Below, piece after piece: positions 27,133 through 36,676 of a stretch of DNA of 56,276 nt. Numbering within the stretch: the stretch's first letter is position 1; each line of letters starts with the position of its first letter. Both the position numbers and the translations under genes were made by a program. This DNA is from an uncultured Candidatus Saccharibacteria bacterium. GTDB taxonomy: Bacteria > Patescibacteriota > Minisyncoccia > Phycocordibacterales > CAIRYW01. The DNA lies in contig CAYUPH010000006.1 of NCBI GenBank assembly GCA_964446625.1, forward strand, positions 1 to 56,276, read 5' to 3'. The notes under the pieces are model-generated. The model did no database searches. It worked only from the letters and a program-made list of their open reading frames with translations, and was not told where the DNA came from.

Positions 27133-29076
27133 CTACTCAAGAATCTTGTCTTCACCAAAGTCATACTGTGGGTCCGCCTGAAGAATTGTAGTAAGAACTT
27201 TGAAAGTATTGATAATGTTAGTTTCTGTAAATGTGTCTTTTGCGGAAAGTGTTGAAACACTTAGAAGGTCAGGTGCGAGTCCTACTTGAGAGAGGCTTGG
27301 GGTAAAGGCTATCTGGAATGACACTTGTCTAAGAGAACCCTCCCCTCCATTTGCATATACTTTTCCAAGATCCCAGACTACTTGCCTTGAATCTTTGTCA
27401 TAAGAAATTTTTTCTGTCCCCGGAGATGTTCGTCCTGTCCAATCGATATATGACGGAAGTGTTGCGGTCACGCGCGCTCCGTCGATATCATTTAGCGTGT
27501 TTGTGACAGTCCAAGTGACAGTGTACTGGTTTAATTTTTCTACATGGGCTGGAATTGTTCCTGCATTTTGAAATGGACCAATGCTCTGAACAATCTGCGC
27601 AACAACTCGAGAATCTGCTTCAAGCTTTATCTTTCGTGTTGTCGTTGTAATGAGCTCCTCGGGAACATTGTTCTCCGAAAGCCTTTTTCCTTTTACTGTT
27701 ATTTGCACATCTACTTCTTGGTTTTTCTTTAGGGCTCCTTCAGCTACATATGGGCTGTATGTAAGAAAATCAAAGTTAAGAACTCCTTCTGCTCCAGGCT
27801 CAAGAACTTCGAGAGTTTTAGACTCGAACTTTGTCCATCGAATGAGGTTTTCGCTTGCCCTGTAAAACCCTTCGTTTGAGTTAAGAGACTTCTTGTCTAC
27901 CATAGGTCCTAGAACTTTTGCTTCAACAACTGCATCAATAACAGGAACTGAAAGATTGTTTTTCCAATCGATTTTTACTGGAACCGATTTTCCGCTTTTT
28001 GCGACATACGTGTCCGAGCCGGCATGTGAGTTCAAAGCAATCTGAGTTGATACAAAAGGCTTTTCAACAACAACTCCTTTTTCTACACGAGAAATAAGGC
28101 TTGCAATTGAAGATGGGTCGTCTTTGCTTCTGCCACCGATTGAGAAAATAAAGTATTTGTCTCCGCTTTGCCCACCTGTAATTGACCCCTTTAGAGTAAT
28201 TTTCTTTTTGCTTTGAGGCGCCATGTCGCCGAGACTCCATACATTTTTTCCAGAAATAGTAGCGGGGTTTGCGCTTCGTAGTTCATACCCAAACGGAAGG
28301 TCAGCGGTTAAAATAACATCTTTGATTACTTCTTTTGAGTTTGAAGTGACAGTTACTTCAATAGGCAGTTCTTGACCCACACTAATACGCCCCAAAACAG
28401 AAACTTCTATTGCAACTGGTGAAGAACCAATCAAAAACTCATATCCACCATCTTTAGTAAATACACTGTTTGATGTTTCAAGCCTGTATTCAAGTGAAGT
28501 GCTGATTTTTGGTCTTTCGCCTTCTTCACCAAAAAAGACTGCAGAGATTGTTTTCCTAATAGTTTCTCCACTTTGAATTGTGCCCACAGGGATTCTTTCG
28601 CGAGGCAAATCTGTGCTCCCGTCAGTCGCTTTCTTTGTCCCCTTTGGATATTCAACAAGAAGGTCTGCCAAAATAATCGGCACTTCGTTTTTGTTCGTAA
28701 CCGCTACATCAAAACTAACCGGTTCACCAGCAGGCGCAGAAATAGGTCCAATCACTTCAATTCCAATGTTCGAAGGTGAAATCACATTTGATCCTTTAAA
28801 GTAAACGAGCGCAGCATAGCTAAACGCTCCAATAAAAAAGATAAGCGAGGCAATCAGAAAAAAGCGAAGTACAGTTCCGCTTTTGTCGGTTGAAGTGTCT
28901 TCTGAAGGATTCTCTTCCTTTACTCCTTCCCACTCTTCTTTTGGAGCTGTGTTATGTTTTCTAAGGTCAAGAGAGAATGTGTTTGGAAACTCAGTATTAC
29001 GCGAGTAGATAGCCTCTTTTAGTTTATCAATCCGACTTGGTGCTTTGTCGTTTTGTTGGTCTTTGTTTTCTTCCAC
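27133..29076 (-). CDS. Large single-pass membrane protein with repeated beta-sandwich (CARDB/DUF11-like) ectodomains, function unknown
   Basis: The N-terminal ~70 aa are polar, followed by one TM (VLRFFLIASLIFFIGAFSYAALVYF) and ~550 aa of beta-rich repeats. Confidence 0.7.
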   Translation of the reverse strand: MEENKDQQNDKAPSRIDKLKEAIYSRNTEFPNTFSLDLRKHNTAPKEEWEGVKEENPSEDTSTDKSGTVLRFFLIASLIFFIGAFSYAALVYFKGSNVISPSNIGIEVIGPISAPAGEPVSFDVAVTNKNEVPIILADLLVEYPKGTKKATDGSTDLPRERIPVGTIQSGETIRKTISAVFFGEEGERPKISTSLEYRLETSNSVFTKDGGYEFLIGSSPVAIEVSVLGRISVGQELPIEVTVTSNSKEVIKDVILTADLPFGYELRSANPATISGKNVWSLGDMAPQSKKKITLKGSITGGQSGDKYFIFSIGGRSKDDPSSIASLISRVEKGVVVEKPFVSTQIALNSHAGSDTYVAKSGKSVPVKIDWKNNLSVPVIDAVVEAKVLGPMVDKKSLNSNEGFYRASENLIRWTKFESKTLEVLEPGAEGVLNFDFLTYSPYVAEGALKKNQEVDVQITVKGKRLSENNVPEELITTTTRKIKLEADSRVVAQIVQSIGPFQNAGTIPAHVEKLNQYTVTWTVTNTLNDIDGARVTATLPSYIDWTGRTSPGTEKISYDKDSRQVVWDLGKVYANGGEGSLRQVSFQIAFTPSLSQVGLAPDLLSVSTLSAKDTFTETNIINTFKVLTTILQADPQYDFGEDKILE

Positions 29077-29098
29077 GCCTTTATTATATCAAAAAGGT

Positions 29099-29671
29099 TT
29101 ACAAGTGGCTTGCGGAGATACCCTTGTTGATGAGGGAAACAAGTTCTACCCTCTCTGCGCTAGGCAACTCTTTTTGGAGAGTACCACTTCCCATTTCTAA
29201 AACTGGTGTCGTGACAGCATTGATTGGAATGTACCCGAGCGCATAAAGAATTTGAAGCGAGAAAATAATTTCTGCATCTTTCTCTTTGTGTGGAGCAATA
29301 CCAGCGAGATTTTCAAACATACTTCGAATATATGCAAAAAGAAGATCGTTTTTTTCTTCTCCATGAACAAGACTTTGCAACAGTTTCGTAGACCTTAAAA
29401 AAACTTTGTACCCCGGTGTGCCGTATGGAAGCTCCTCTATTTCTTCTACTTCAAGAAGTCTCCACACTTCTCTTCCTTTTAGAAGCGTCACACTAAGAAG
29501 CGCGCCTTTCCGAAGCGCACCAGAGAGTTTTGCACCTTCTCGCCGTACACTTTTTGCAAGCACACGCAGAAACCCAAAACCTTCGCAAAAAAGTGAAAGC
29601 ATTTTATCATCCTCGCCTGTGTTTGCTTCAGCAATTAAAAAACAAAACGATGAGTACTTACTATGCGCCAT
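29099..29671 (-). CDS. recO: DNA repair protein RecO-like (short form)
   Basis: N-terminal OB-fold pattern GEDDKMLSLFCEGFGFLRVLAKSVRREGAKLSGALRKGALLSVTL. Overlaps ileS by 11 nt. No Zn-finger cysteines. Confidence 0.6.
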   Translation of the reverse strand: MAHSKYSSFCFLIAEANTGEDDKMLSLFCEGFGFLRVLAKSVRREGAKLSGALRKGALLSVTLLKGREVWRLLEVEEIEELPYGTPGYKVFLRSTKLLQSLVHGEEKNDLLFAYIRSMFENLAGIAPHKEKDAEIIFSLQILYALGYIPINAVTTPVLEMGSGTLQKELPSAERVELVSLINKGISASHL

Positions 29672-32600
29672 AAGGAGCTACTGAAACCGTAAACTCCATG
29701 TCACCAAGCTGAAGAGTTTTACCGTTTGTAGATGTGTACTTTGTTTCAAATGCACCAACAACTCGCGAGACGTCTTCCATAAGAGAAGCTTCGCTGAGGA
29801 GTTTTTTTCCTGCGTCGTTTGAAGAAAGGGTAAGTGTAATTTTTTGCTCTTGAATGAAACCTGCTTCTTTTCGCATATCCTGTATAAAACGGATAAGCTC
29901 CCTACCTGCTCCCTCAAGAATAAGTGACTCGGTTAAAGTAAAATCAAGTTCAATTTTTTCTTGGAGAGCACTTTCAACAATTACCTCTTTTACATTGATC
30001 TCATCTTTCAAAATCTCTTTTAATTCGTTTTCGAGATCTTTTCCAATTTTAATGCTTTGAAGAGGTTGTTTTACTTTTATATTTTCTTTATTTCTTTCCT
30101 GAAGAGCGAGAGACGCGAGACGTCTGACTTCTACCATGTCTGAAATAATAGTCTCGTTGTACTCCATGAGTTTCGGCCACTCTGCAAGGTGAACACTTTC
30201 CACCTTGTCTTCTGCTTCAATCTTTTGGTACAGATCCTCTGCGAAAAATGGAGCAAATGGAGCAAGTATCTTTGCAAAGTTTTGCAGAACAAATCCGAGT
30301 GTTGCCACAGCATCTTTGTTTCCTTCTCGAAGTGCTTCTCTTGATCGCCGTAGGTACCATGTCGACAAATCATCTATAAAGAGTCGCATTTCTCGCACAG
30401 GTTCGAGGATCTGGAACTTATCCATATGCTCGCTCACTTTCTTTTCAAGGAGAGACAGTCTACTTAAAATCCATACATCGAGAGAGCGTGTGCTTCGGTC
30501 ATGAATAGGAGCACTCTCCCCTTTGCTTTGCTCATAGAAAACATACACATTTGAAAGAATGTTAAAGAATTTTTTTCGTACCTCATCTACAGTTCGTTCG
30601 TCGAAGTTTTTACTTTCTCCTGGCTGATTGACACTATAAAGCCAAAGTCTAAGCGTATCGACTCCGTACTTATCAGCCATTTCCCACGGATCAATAACAT
30701 TTCCAAGAGACTTAGACATTTTCTTGCCATCTTTGTCGAGAAGGTGTCCAAGACAGATTACATTTTTATACGCCTTTCCTTTTCCAAGAAGGTTTGAGAC
30801 AGCGTGCAGAGTATAGAACCACCCACGCGTCTGATCAATCGCTTCGGAAATAAAATCTGCCGGAAAAGATTTTCCTGTATCAATTTCGTTTTTATTTTCA
30901 AAAGGATAATGATTTTGAGCAAACGGCATTGCACCAGAATCGAACCAAACATCCATCACTTCCTTTACCCTCTTTAGAGCTGTCCCTTTTTTTGAGACCA
31001 ATGTAATTTCATCGATATAAGGCTTGTGTAAATCAAGTTTAAAATCATCGTCATGCGGAAGAGGCACAAACGAAAGCGTTTCAAAACCGGCATACGGCAA
31101 ATAGTTTACCCCAGGAGTATAAATCACCTCAGTCGCTTTGTCGTCTGCTCCCGCTGCAACAACCTTAAGAAGTTTAGCTGGACCATCATGAGTCACAATG
31201 AGGATCGTTTTTCCTTCGTAAGTTTTTTCGAGATCATACAAAAACTCCCCCATTCTCTTTTTTGTTTCCCTGAGAGTTTCTCCACCTCCAACAGATTCGT
31301 TCAAGCGAAACTCAAAATTTGGAAAATACTTTGTAAAGTCACTTGCTTTAAAACCTGAAATATCTCCAAAGTCTTCTTCCCGGATGCGCTCGTCTATAAA
31401 TACTTTCTTATCAAGCGCTGCGGCAACAATCTCTGCAGTCTCCCGGGTCCTTTGGAGTGGCGAAGAAATAATAAGGTCAATATTTTCTGAAAGGAGTTTT
31501 GCTCCTGCGTTCTTTGCTTCTTCTTTTCCCTTTGCAGTGAGTGCATGTGCTTCTTCTGTATCGCTACTTAGTATTCCTTTTATATTATGCTCCGCCTCTG
31601 CGTGTCGCATAATTATGTATCTGTTTCCTGACTTTTTTGTAAAAGATTTTAGTTCTTCAATTGAAGACGGAATAAATCTTTCTTCACCATTTTCACTTTC
31701 CCACACAGGAAGAGGAGTTCCCCAGTATCTTTCTCTTGAGATTGCCCAATCTTTTATGTCGCGAAGCCATTCACCAAAACGCCCTTCTCGTATATACTCT
31801 GGCTCCCAACCAATTGTTTTGTTTTCTTCTACTAACGTGTCGCGAAGTGTCGAAACTCCAATGTACCAAGAATCTCTCGCAAAATAGATAAGAGGGGTTT
31901 TACATCTCCAGCAGTGCGGGTATGAGTGTTCGTATTTTTCTTTTTTAAAGAGGAGTCCCCTTCCTGCTAAATCTTTTATGACATCTACTGCAACTTCCTC
32001 GTCTTTTACAAAACGGTTTGCAAGAAATCCACACCACTCATAAAAAGTTCCGTCGTTTCTTACAGTGTGTTTCTTTGGTAAACCAATTTTGCTTCCGAGA
32101 ACAAAGTCATCCGCCCCATACATAACCGCGGTGTGCACAATTCCAGTTCCATCTGTTGTTGTCACAAAGTCAGCGGGGTAAACTTTAAAAGCTTTGGAAA
32201 TGTCCTCTCCATTTTTTGTAAGCTCATCTTTTAAGAATGGATAGAGGGGTTCGTAAGAAAGAGACAAGAGATTCTCACCTTTAAACTCTTTTCTTAATTC
32301 ATCTTTAGTAAATCCAAGTTTTTCAGAAAGTTCCAACGCAACGATGTGGTTCTTTCCTTCTTTTTCAAAAACACCATAGGAGATATTCTCTCCCACTGCA
32401 AGCGCGACGTTTCCTGGAAGTGTCCACGGTGTTGTTGTCCACGCGACTATATAACTTTCACTAGGAAGCTCGAGCGCTTCGGGATTTAAAATTTTAAAGC
32501 TGGCGTAAACAGATAAATCTTTTACATCTTCGTAGCCTTGAGCAAGCTCATGACTTGAAAGCGCAGTTCCACACCTTGGGCACCATGGCACAACTTTGTA

Positions 32601-33128
32601 ATCTTTGTAGAGCAGATTTTTATCATTGACAGTCTTTACAATATTCCATACTGATTCAATGTAGCTATTGTCGAATGTAAAGTATGCTTTTTCCAAATCT
32701 ACCCAATATCCAATTCTTTCTGTAAATTTTTTCCACAGATCAATGTACTGAAGAACGCTTGCTTTGCATTTCTTGTTAAACTCGGCAACACCGAACTCTT
32801 CAATTTCTTTTTTTGATTTGAGTCCAAGCTCTTTTTCTACTTGAAGCTCTACTGGAAGTCCGTGTGTATCCCACCCTGCTCGGCGCACCACTTTAAAGCC
32901 CTTCATTGTTTTGTATCGAGGAATCACATCTTTGAAGCTTCGAGCCTCTACGTGGTGAATTCCTGGCTTTCCGTTTGCAGTCGGTGGACCCTCAAAAAAC
33001 ACAAAATCACCCTGAGGTGCGTCCTTTTCCTCGGTTTTTTTAAATATGCCTTTCTCCTTCCAGAACCCAAGGACCCTTTCCTCCATGAGGGCTAAGTCAG
33101 ATTTTTGTGTTTCGTTGTTTTCGCTCAT
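29661..33128 (-). CDS. ileS: Isoleucine--tRNA ligase (type 2-like) carrying an inserted histidine-phosphatase domain
   Basis: PPTANGKPGIHHV (HIGH region), a CP1 editing domain (TTTPWTLPGN), WAISRERYWGTPLPVW, KMSKSLGN. The insertion is described separately. Confidence 0.95.
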   Translation of the reverse strand: MSENNETQKSDLALMEERVLGFWKEKGIFKKTEEKDAPQGDFVFFEGPPTANGKPGIHHVEARSFKDVIPRYKTMKGFKVVRRAGWDTHGLPVELQVEKELGLKSKKEIEEFGVAEFNKKCKASVLQYIDLWKKFTERIGYWVDLEKAYFTFDNSYIESVWNIVKTVNDKNLLYKDYKVVPWCPRCGTALSSHELAQGYEDVKDLSVYASFKILNPEALELPSESYIVAWTTTPWTLPGNVALAVGENISYGVFEKEGKNHIVALELSEKLGFTKDELRKEFKGENLLSLSYEPLYPFLKDELTKNGEDISKAFKVYPADFVTTTDGTGIVHTAVMYGADDFVLGSKIGLPKKHTVRNDGTFYEWCGFLANRFVKDEEVAVDVIKDLAGRGLLFKKEKYEHSYPHCWRCKTPLIYFARDSWYIGVSTLRDTLVEENKTIGWEPEYIREGRFGEWLRDIKDWAISRERYWGTPLPVWESENGEERFIPSSIEELKSFTKKSGNRYIIMRHAEAEHNIKGILSSDTEEAHALTAKGKEEAKNAGAKLLSENIDLIISSPLQRTRETAEIVAAALDKKVFIDERIREEDFGDISGFKASDFTKYFPNFEFRLNESVGGGETLRETKKRMGEFLYDLEKTYEGKTILIVTHDGPAKLLKVVAAGADDKATEVIYTPGVNYLPYAGFETLSFVPLPHDDDFKLDLHKPYIDEITLVSKKGTALKRVKEVMDVWFDSGAMPFAQNHYPFENKNEIDTGKSFPADFISEAIDQTRGWFYTLHAVSNLLGKGKAYKNVICLGHLLDKDGKKMSKSLGNVIDPWEMADKYGVDTLRLWLYSVNQPGESKNFDERTVDEVRKKFFNILSNVYVFYEQSKGESAPIHDRSTRSLDVWILSRLSLLEKKVSEHMDKFQILEPVREMRLFIDDLSTWYLRRSREALREGNKDAVATLGFVLQNFAKILAPFAPFFAEDLYQKIEAEDKVESVHLAEWPKLMEYNETIISDMVEVRRLASLALQERNKENIKVKQPLQSIKIGKDLENELKEILKDEINVKEVIVESALQEKIELDFTLTESLILEGAGRELIRFIQDMRKEAGFIQEQKITLTLSSNDAGKKLLSEASLMEDVSRVVGAFETKYTSTNGKTLQLGDMEFTVSVAPYGA
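31149..31622 (-). other. Histidine-phosphatase (PGAM/phosphoglycerate-mutase-like) domain inserted in IleRS (aa ~503-660)
   Basis: YIIMRHAEAEHN (RH catalytic pair, codons 31602-31607), SSPLQRTRETA, IREEDFGDISG and LIVTHDGP are in the canonical order. Confidence 0.8.
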
Positions 33129-33360
33129 TGTCTTTTCGGCTATCTTACCATGTATTTTAGAGATTGAAAAAACGAGGGTTTTGGTATAGGATAAATTCTC
33201 GGTGAGAGTTCACCGACTCAAAATGAGATACACTTATATCAAACAGCGCCGTTGTCTCTGTTCTGACCGTCGTCACTGCTCTTTGTGTCGTCAACGATAC
33301 AGCAACTGTCGACAGCGCTAGTCTTCCCACCCTCCCCATAAAGGAGGCTTTTTTTATTCT

Positions 33361-34269
33361 TTACGCTGTTACTTGTGCAGTTTTGCAAGTCTCAGAGCAG
33401 AAAGCATAACCCCCTTCCTCGCTACAATCAGGACACACTACAAGGTGCTTGTGGCAGAGTTCGTTTGCACAGTTCACATAATTTTCAGAGGCTTTTCCGC
33501 ATTTGTCGCATTTACTTATGATTTCTCTATTTCCTCCAAAGTCCATGACAACACGGTTATCAAATGTGTAGAGAGTTCCAAGAAAATCTTCGCCCGGATA
33601 CTTTTCCATATATGTATGCATTCCCCCATCAAGCTGGTAGACATCTTTAAAACCTTTCTTAAGAAGATACCCGCTCATTTTTTCACATCGCACTCCCCCA
33701 GTACAAACTGTCAAAACTTTTTTGTCTTTTAAATTTTCAATTTTTTCAACAATTTGTGGAAGGTCGCGAGAGTTTTCCATGCCCGGGTCAATAGAATTTT
33801 TAAAGTGCCCTACTTTATACTCGTAACTGTTTCGCATATCCACAATATAAAATTCCTCCCCTTTCTCGTACCATTTTTTTAGTTCATCCGCGGGAAGATG
33901 CCTTCCTGTAAGTGCGTTCGGGTTTACATCATCTTCACCGAGGCGAAGAGAAACAATTTCTTTCTTTACTTTCACTTTAAGTTTTGGAAAAGCCTCCCCT
34001 GTTCCTGGACTTGTTTTAAAATGAATTCCGCGCAGGTTTCCCATGTGGCGAGTGTCTGGCGAGCTCCCGATTTTAGAAATTGCTTCTTTGTATTTTTCTA
34101 TGTCCTCAGGTTTACCTTCAAGAGTTGCATTAATTCCCTCTTCTGCAACAATAATTCGCCCCTTAAAACCAAAGGCTGCGCAAATTCCCCTGTTCCAAGC
34201 CGCAAGCGCTTCGGGGTTTGGAATTGGTGCGTATTTGTAAAATAGTAAAACTGTATACTCTTCTTTCAT
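33361..34269 (-). CDS. trhO: Rhodanese-domain protein of the UPF0176/YceA (TrhO, tRNA U34 hydroxylase) family
   Basis: LLFYKY N-terminus, rhodanese loop VCTGGVRCEK and a C-terminal Cys-rich tail. Confidence 0.85.
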   Translation of the reverse strand: MKEEYTVLLFYKYAPIPNPEALAAWNRGICAAFGFKGRIIVAEEGINATLEGKPEDIEKYKEAISKIGSSPDTRHMGNLRGIHFKTSPGTGEAFPKLKVKVKKEIVSLRLGEDDVNPNALTGRHLPADELKKWYEKGEEFYIVDMRNSYEYKVGHFKNSIDPGMENSRDLPQIVEKIENLKDKKVLTVCTGGVRCEKMSGYLLKKGFKDVYQLDGGMHTYMEKYPGEDFLGTLYTFDNRVVMDFGGNREIISKCDKCGKASENYVNCANELCHKHLVVCPDCSEEGGYAFCSETCKTAQVTA

Positions 34270-34297
34270 ATATATACTTTTATCATAAAACCTAAAA

Positions 34298-34332
34298 CAA
34301 AAAAAGACCCGAGCTTTGGTGGGTCTTTTTTT
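34298..34332 (-). terminator. Intrinsic terminator after the DoxX gene
   Basis: agaccc (10-nt loop) gggtct, flanked by A7/T7 runs. Confidence 0.65.
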
Positions 34333-34343
34333 GTTTTCCGTAT

Positions 34344-34928
34344 TTAAGCGTGTGTATGTCCGTCGCCGTGGTGGTGTGAGTGACCGTGATCATGACAGTG
34401 CCCTGCGTGGCAACCTTCTCCTTTTCCGCAACCTACTGCTTTACAGAGACCACATTTCTCGGCAAGAGCGTGGCACTTACATGCGCACCACTTGTGAACT
34501 GAGTAAGCCCCTGAACCAAGAAACATTTCTGCCAAAAGTCCAAAGAGAAGAACGATATCAATTTCAATAACATTGTAGATAAAAGAAAATTTATCGTAGA
34601 AAGGAACTGGTGTTGGACTAGCGTCTATTTGTGGAAGAACAAAACCAAGGAGTTTTGCCTTTACAATAGCAACGAGCATAACAACCACAAGTGCCGCTGT
34701 CGCGTAACATGTGAAAATTCCGAAGATCAAAAAGAGACCTCCAACAATTTCTGTGACCGCTGTAAGGTGAAACAAGAAATTTCCCGCGCTCCCAAACAGA
34801 TTAGTAAAAAATGGTAAAGCCTGTTCTTTGTTTACAAACTTATCAACTCCATGAAGGACAAACGGAAGACCTACTGCAATTCGCAGAAGCAAAAGTCCGA
34901 GATTTTTTTTCATTGGTGAACAATGCAT
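34344..34928 (-). CDS. DoxX-family membrane protein with C-terminal Cys/His-rich metal-binding-like tail
   Basis: LLLLRIAVGLPFVLHGVDKF is a DoxX-like start, followed by 4 TM. The tail is KWCACKCHALAEKCGLCKAVGCGKGEGCHAGHCHDHGHSHHHGDGHTHA. The likely start is MKKNL (34913). Confidence 0.8.
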   Translation of the reverse strand: MHCSPMKKNLGLLLLRIAVGLPFVLHGVDKFVNKEQALPFFTNLFGSAGNFLFHLTAVTEIVGGLFLIFGIFTCYATAALVVVMLVAIVKAKLLGFVLPQIDASPTPVPFYDKFSFIYNVIEIDIVLLFGLLAEMFLGSGAYSVHKWCACKCHALAEKCGLCKAVGCGKGEGCHAGHCHDHGHSHHHGDGHTHA

Positions 34929-34969
34929 ATTTTTAACGATTATATTAACTTTTAATTTTCCCTATTATC

Positions 34970-36676
34970 TCACATCTCCTCCGGGATGTTAATTCCAAGG
35001 AGGAATAGTCCCTGCTCTAACACCCTTCCAAAAAGATGCGCTAGTGCAAGCCTGTGAGCTGTCTCTTTGTCATCTTTGTCTATAATTTTGTTGTGCGCGT
35101 AAAAGTTATTGAACTCACTTGTCAGACGAAGCAAATATTCCACCAAAAGATTTGGTGATTTTTCTTCAAATGCTCTGTGTGCCACAGCACCAAAACGACA
35201 CAGAAGCTTTTCTAAAAAGAGCACTTTCCTCTCTCCTCCTATGTATATTGGCACAATCCCCTCTGCTGCCGCTTTTTTTAAAAGAGAAGCTACTCGCACT
35301 CCTGCATACAGAAGGTATGGCCCCGAGTCACCGTCGAACGACATAGACTTTTCTCGATCAAAAACAATATCCTTTCCAGGCGATTGCCTTAGAATCGAAA
35401 ACTTTATTGCAGAAACCGCAATCTTTTCTGCCACTTCTTTTTTCTTTTCGGGGGTCATATCACGCTCTTCCATTTTCTTGAGCGCTTTTTCTTCCATCTC
35501 AAGGAGAAGTTCCTCACCTGTAATAATATTTCCTTTTCTCGAACTCATCTTCCCATCACTAAACCTAAGCATTCCATGGCCGATAAATTTTGTCTTCTTT
35601 GCTTCGTCTGGGTGAAGCAGGAACATTACCCGTCTGAGAACCTTAAAGTAGTCGCTAATCTCGTTAGCGGAAGTAATAACAGACAAATCAAACTTATGTC
35701 GCTCAGATTTTGTAAAAAAGAGTGCGAGTTCTTTTGCTTCATAGGTTGGAAGTCCCTCAGAGTTTAGAAAAACTCTTGTGTGAAGGCCAAAACGCTCACC
35801 CGGAAACACAACAGCACCCTCACTTTCTTCAAACAAAAACCCTAGGTTTTCTGTCACAATTTCCTTTGCCAAGTCCACAACTTCACTTTCAAAAATAAAC
35901 TCATCAAAACGTGTATCAAGTTTTTTGTAGATTTTGTCGAAGTAAAGAAGACTCCACTCTTTTCCCTTTTTGTAATACACCTCAAGATCCGCGTCACTTT
36001 TTTCAAAAAGCTTTTTATTTATCGCCCTAATTTCAGATTTTGCAGTTTCATCGTCTTCATACGCATGTGCTCCGACAACATACGCATCTCCCATAAACTT
36101 GATCTTGTCTGCAATACTGTCGTCGTCATGCGGAAAACCTGCGCGCGCTTTTTGCATTGCCCAAATTGTTTTTGCAACATGAAGCCCTATATCTCCTTGG
36201 TAACAAATTCTTTTTATGTGAGCACCTTGAAATTCGCAAAGCCGGCTTAGTGTCTCACCAACCGCATTTGCCATGAGGTGCCCAATATGAAAAGCCTTAA
36301 AAGGATTTGGGTCAGTGTACTCAAAAAGAGCAGTCTGCCCTTCCATACTATGTCCGCGTCCAGGAATCTTTTCTTTGTAGAGCTCTGCACACTCTGCTCT
36401 AAAATACTCGTCTTTTATATAAAAATTTAAGAAACCAGGTCCGGCTATTTCTACTTTTTCCAGTTCGGGAATAGCAGAAAAATCTAAGTTGTCTTTAATT
36501 TTCTCCGCAAATTCGTTTGCACCCATTCCAAACGCTCCGCAGTGTTTTAGAGCAACATTTGAAGTAAAGTCTCCATTTTTTATATTTTCTGGGTGTTCAA
36601 TATGTATTTCGGCCCCAGGAAGACTGAGCTTTTCTAAGGTAGAACCGATTACAGATTTTAGTTTACTGACTATCAT
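34970..36676 (-). CDS. argS: Arginine--tRNA ligase
   Basis: DPNPFKAFHIGHLMANAVGE (HIGH), MSSRKGN (a degenerate KMSK) and a C-terminal DALR-type anticodon-binding region. Confidence 0.93.
   Translation of the reverse strand: MIVSKLKSVIGSTLEKLSLPGAEIHIEHPENIKNGDFTSNVALKHCGAFGMGANEFAEKIKDNLDFSAIPELEKVEIAGPGFLNFYIKDEYFRAECAELYKEKIPGRGHSMEGQTALFEYTDPNPFKAFHIGHLMANAVGETLSRLCEFQGAHIKRICYQGDIGLHVAKTIWAMQKARAGFPHDDDSIADKIKFMGDAYVVGAHAYEDDETAKSEIRAINKKLFEKSDADLEVYYKKGKEWSLLYFDKIYKKLDTRFDEFIFESEVVDLAKEIVTENLGFLFEESEGAVVFPGERFGLHTRVFLNSEGLPTYEAKELALFFTKSERHKFDLSVITSANEISDYFKVLRRVMFLLHPDEAKKTKFIGHGMLRFSDGKMSSRKGNIITGEELLLEMEEKALKKMEERDMTPEKKKEVAEKIAVSAIKFSILRQSPGKDIVFDREKSMSFDGDSGPYLLYAGVRVASLLKKAAAEGIVPIYIGGERKVLFLEKLLCRFGAVAHRAFEEKSPNLLVEYLLRLTSEFNNFYAHNKIIDKDDKETAHRLALAHLFGRVLEQGLFLLGINIPEEM

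Noticed and set aside
33157-33339. Track ORF 33157..33339 (-), 60 aa.
   Set aside because: It has a low-complexity T/V/A-rich translation and no start context, and it lies wholly within the trhO-ileS spacer.
33129-33360. T-box riboswitch leader upstream of ileS.
   Set aside because: I could not find the T-box consensus sequence, the AGAGA/GNUGGUA motifs, or a specifier-loop context. Only generic hairpins are present.
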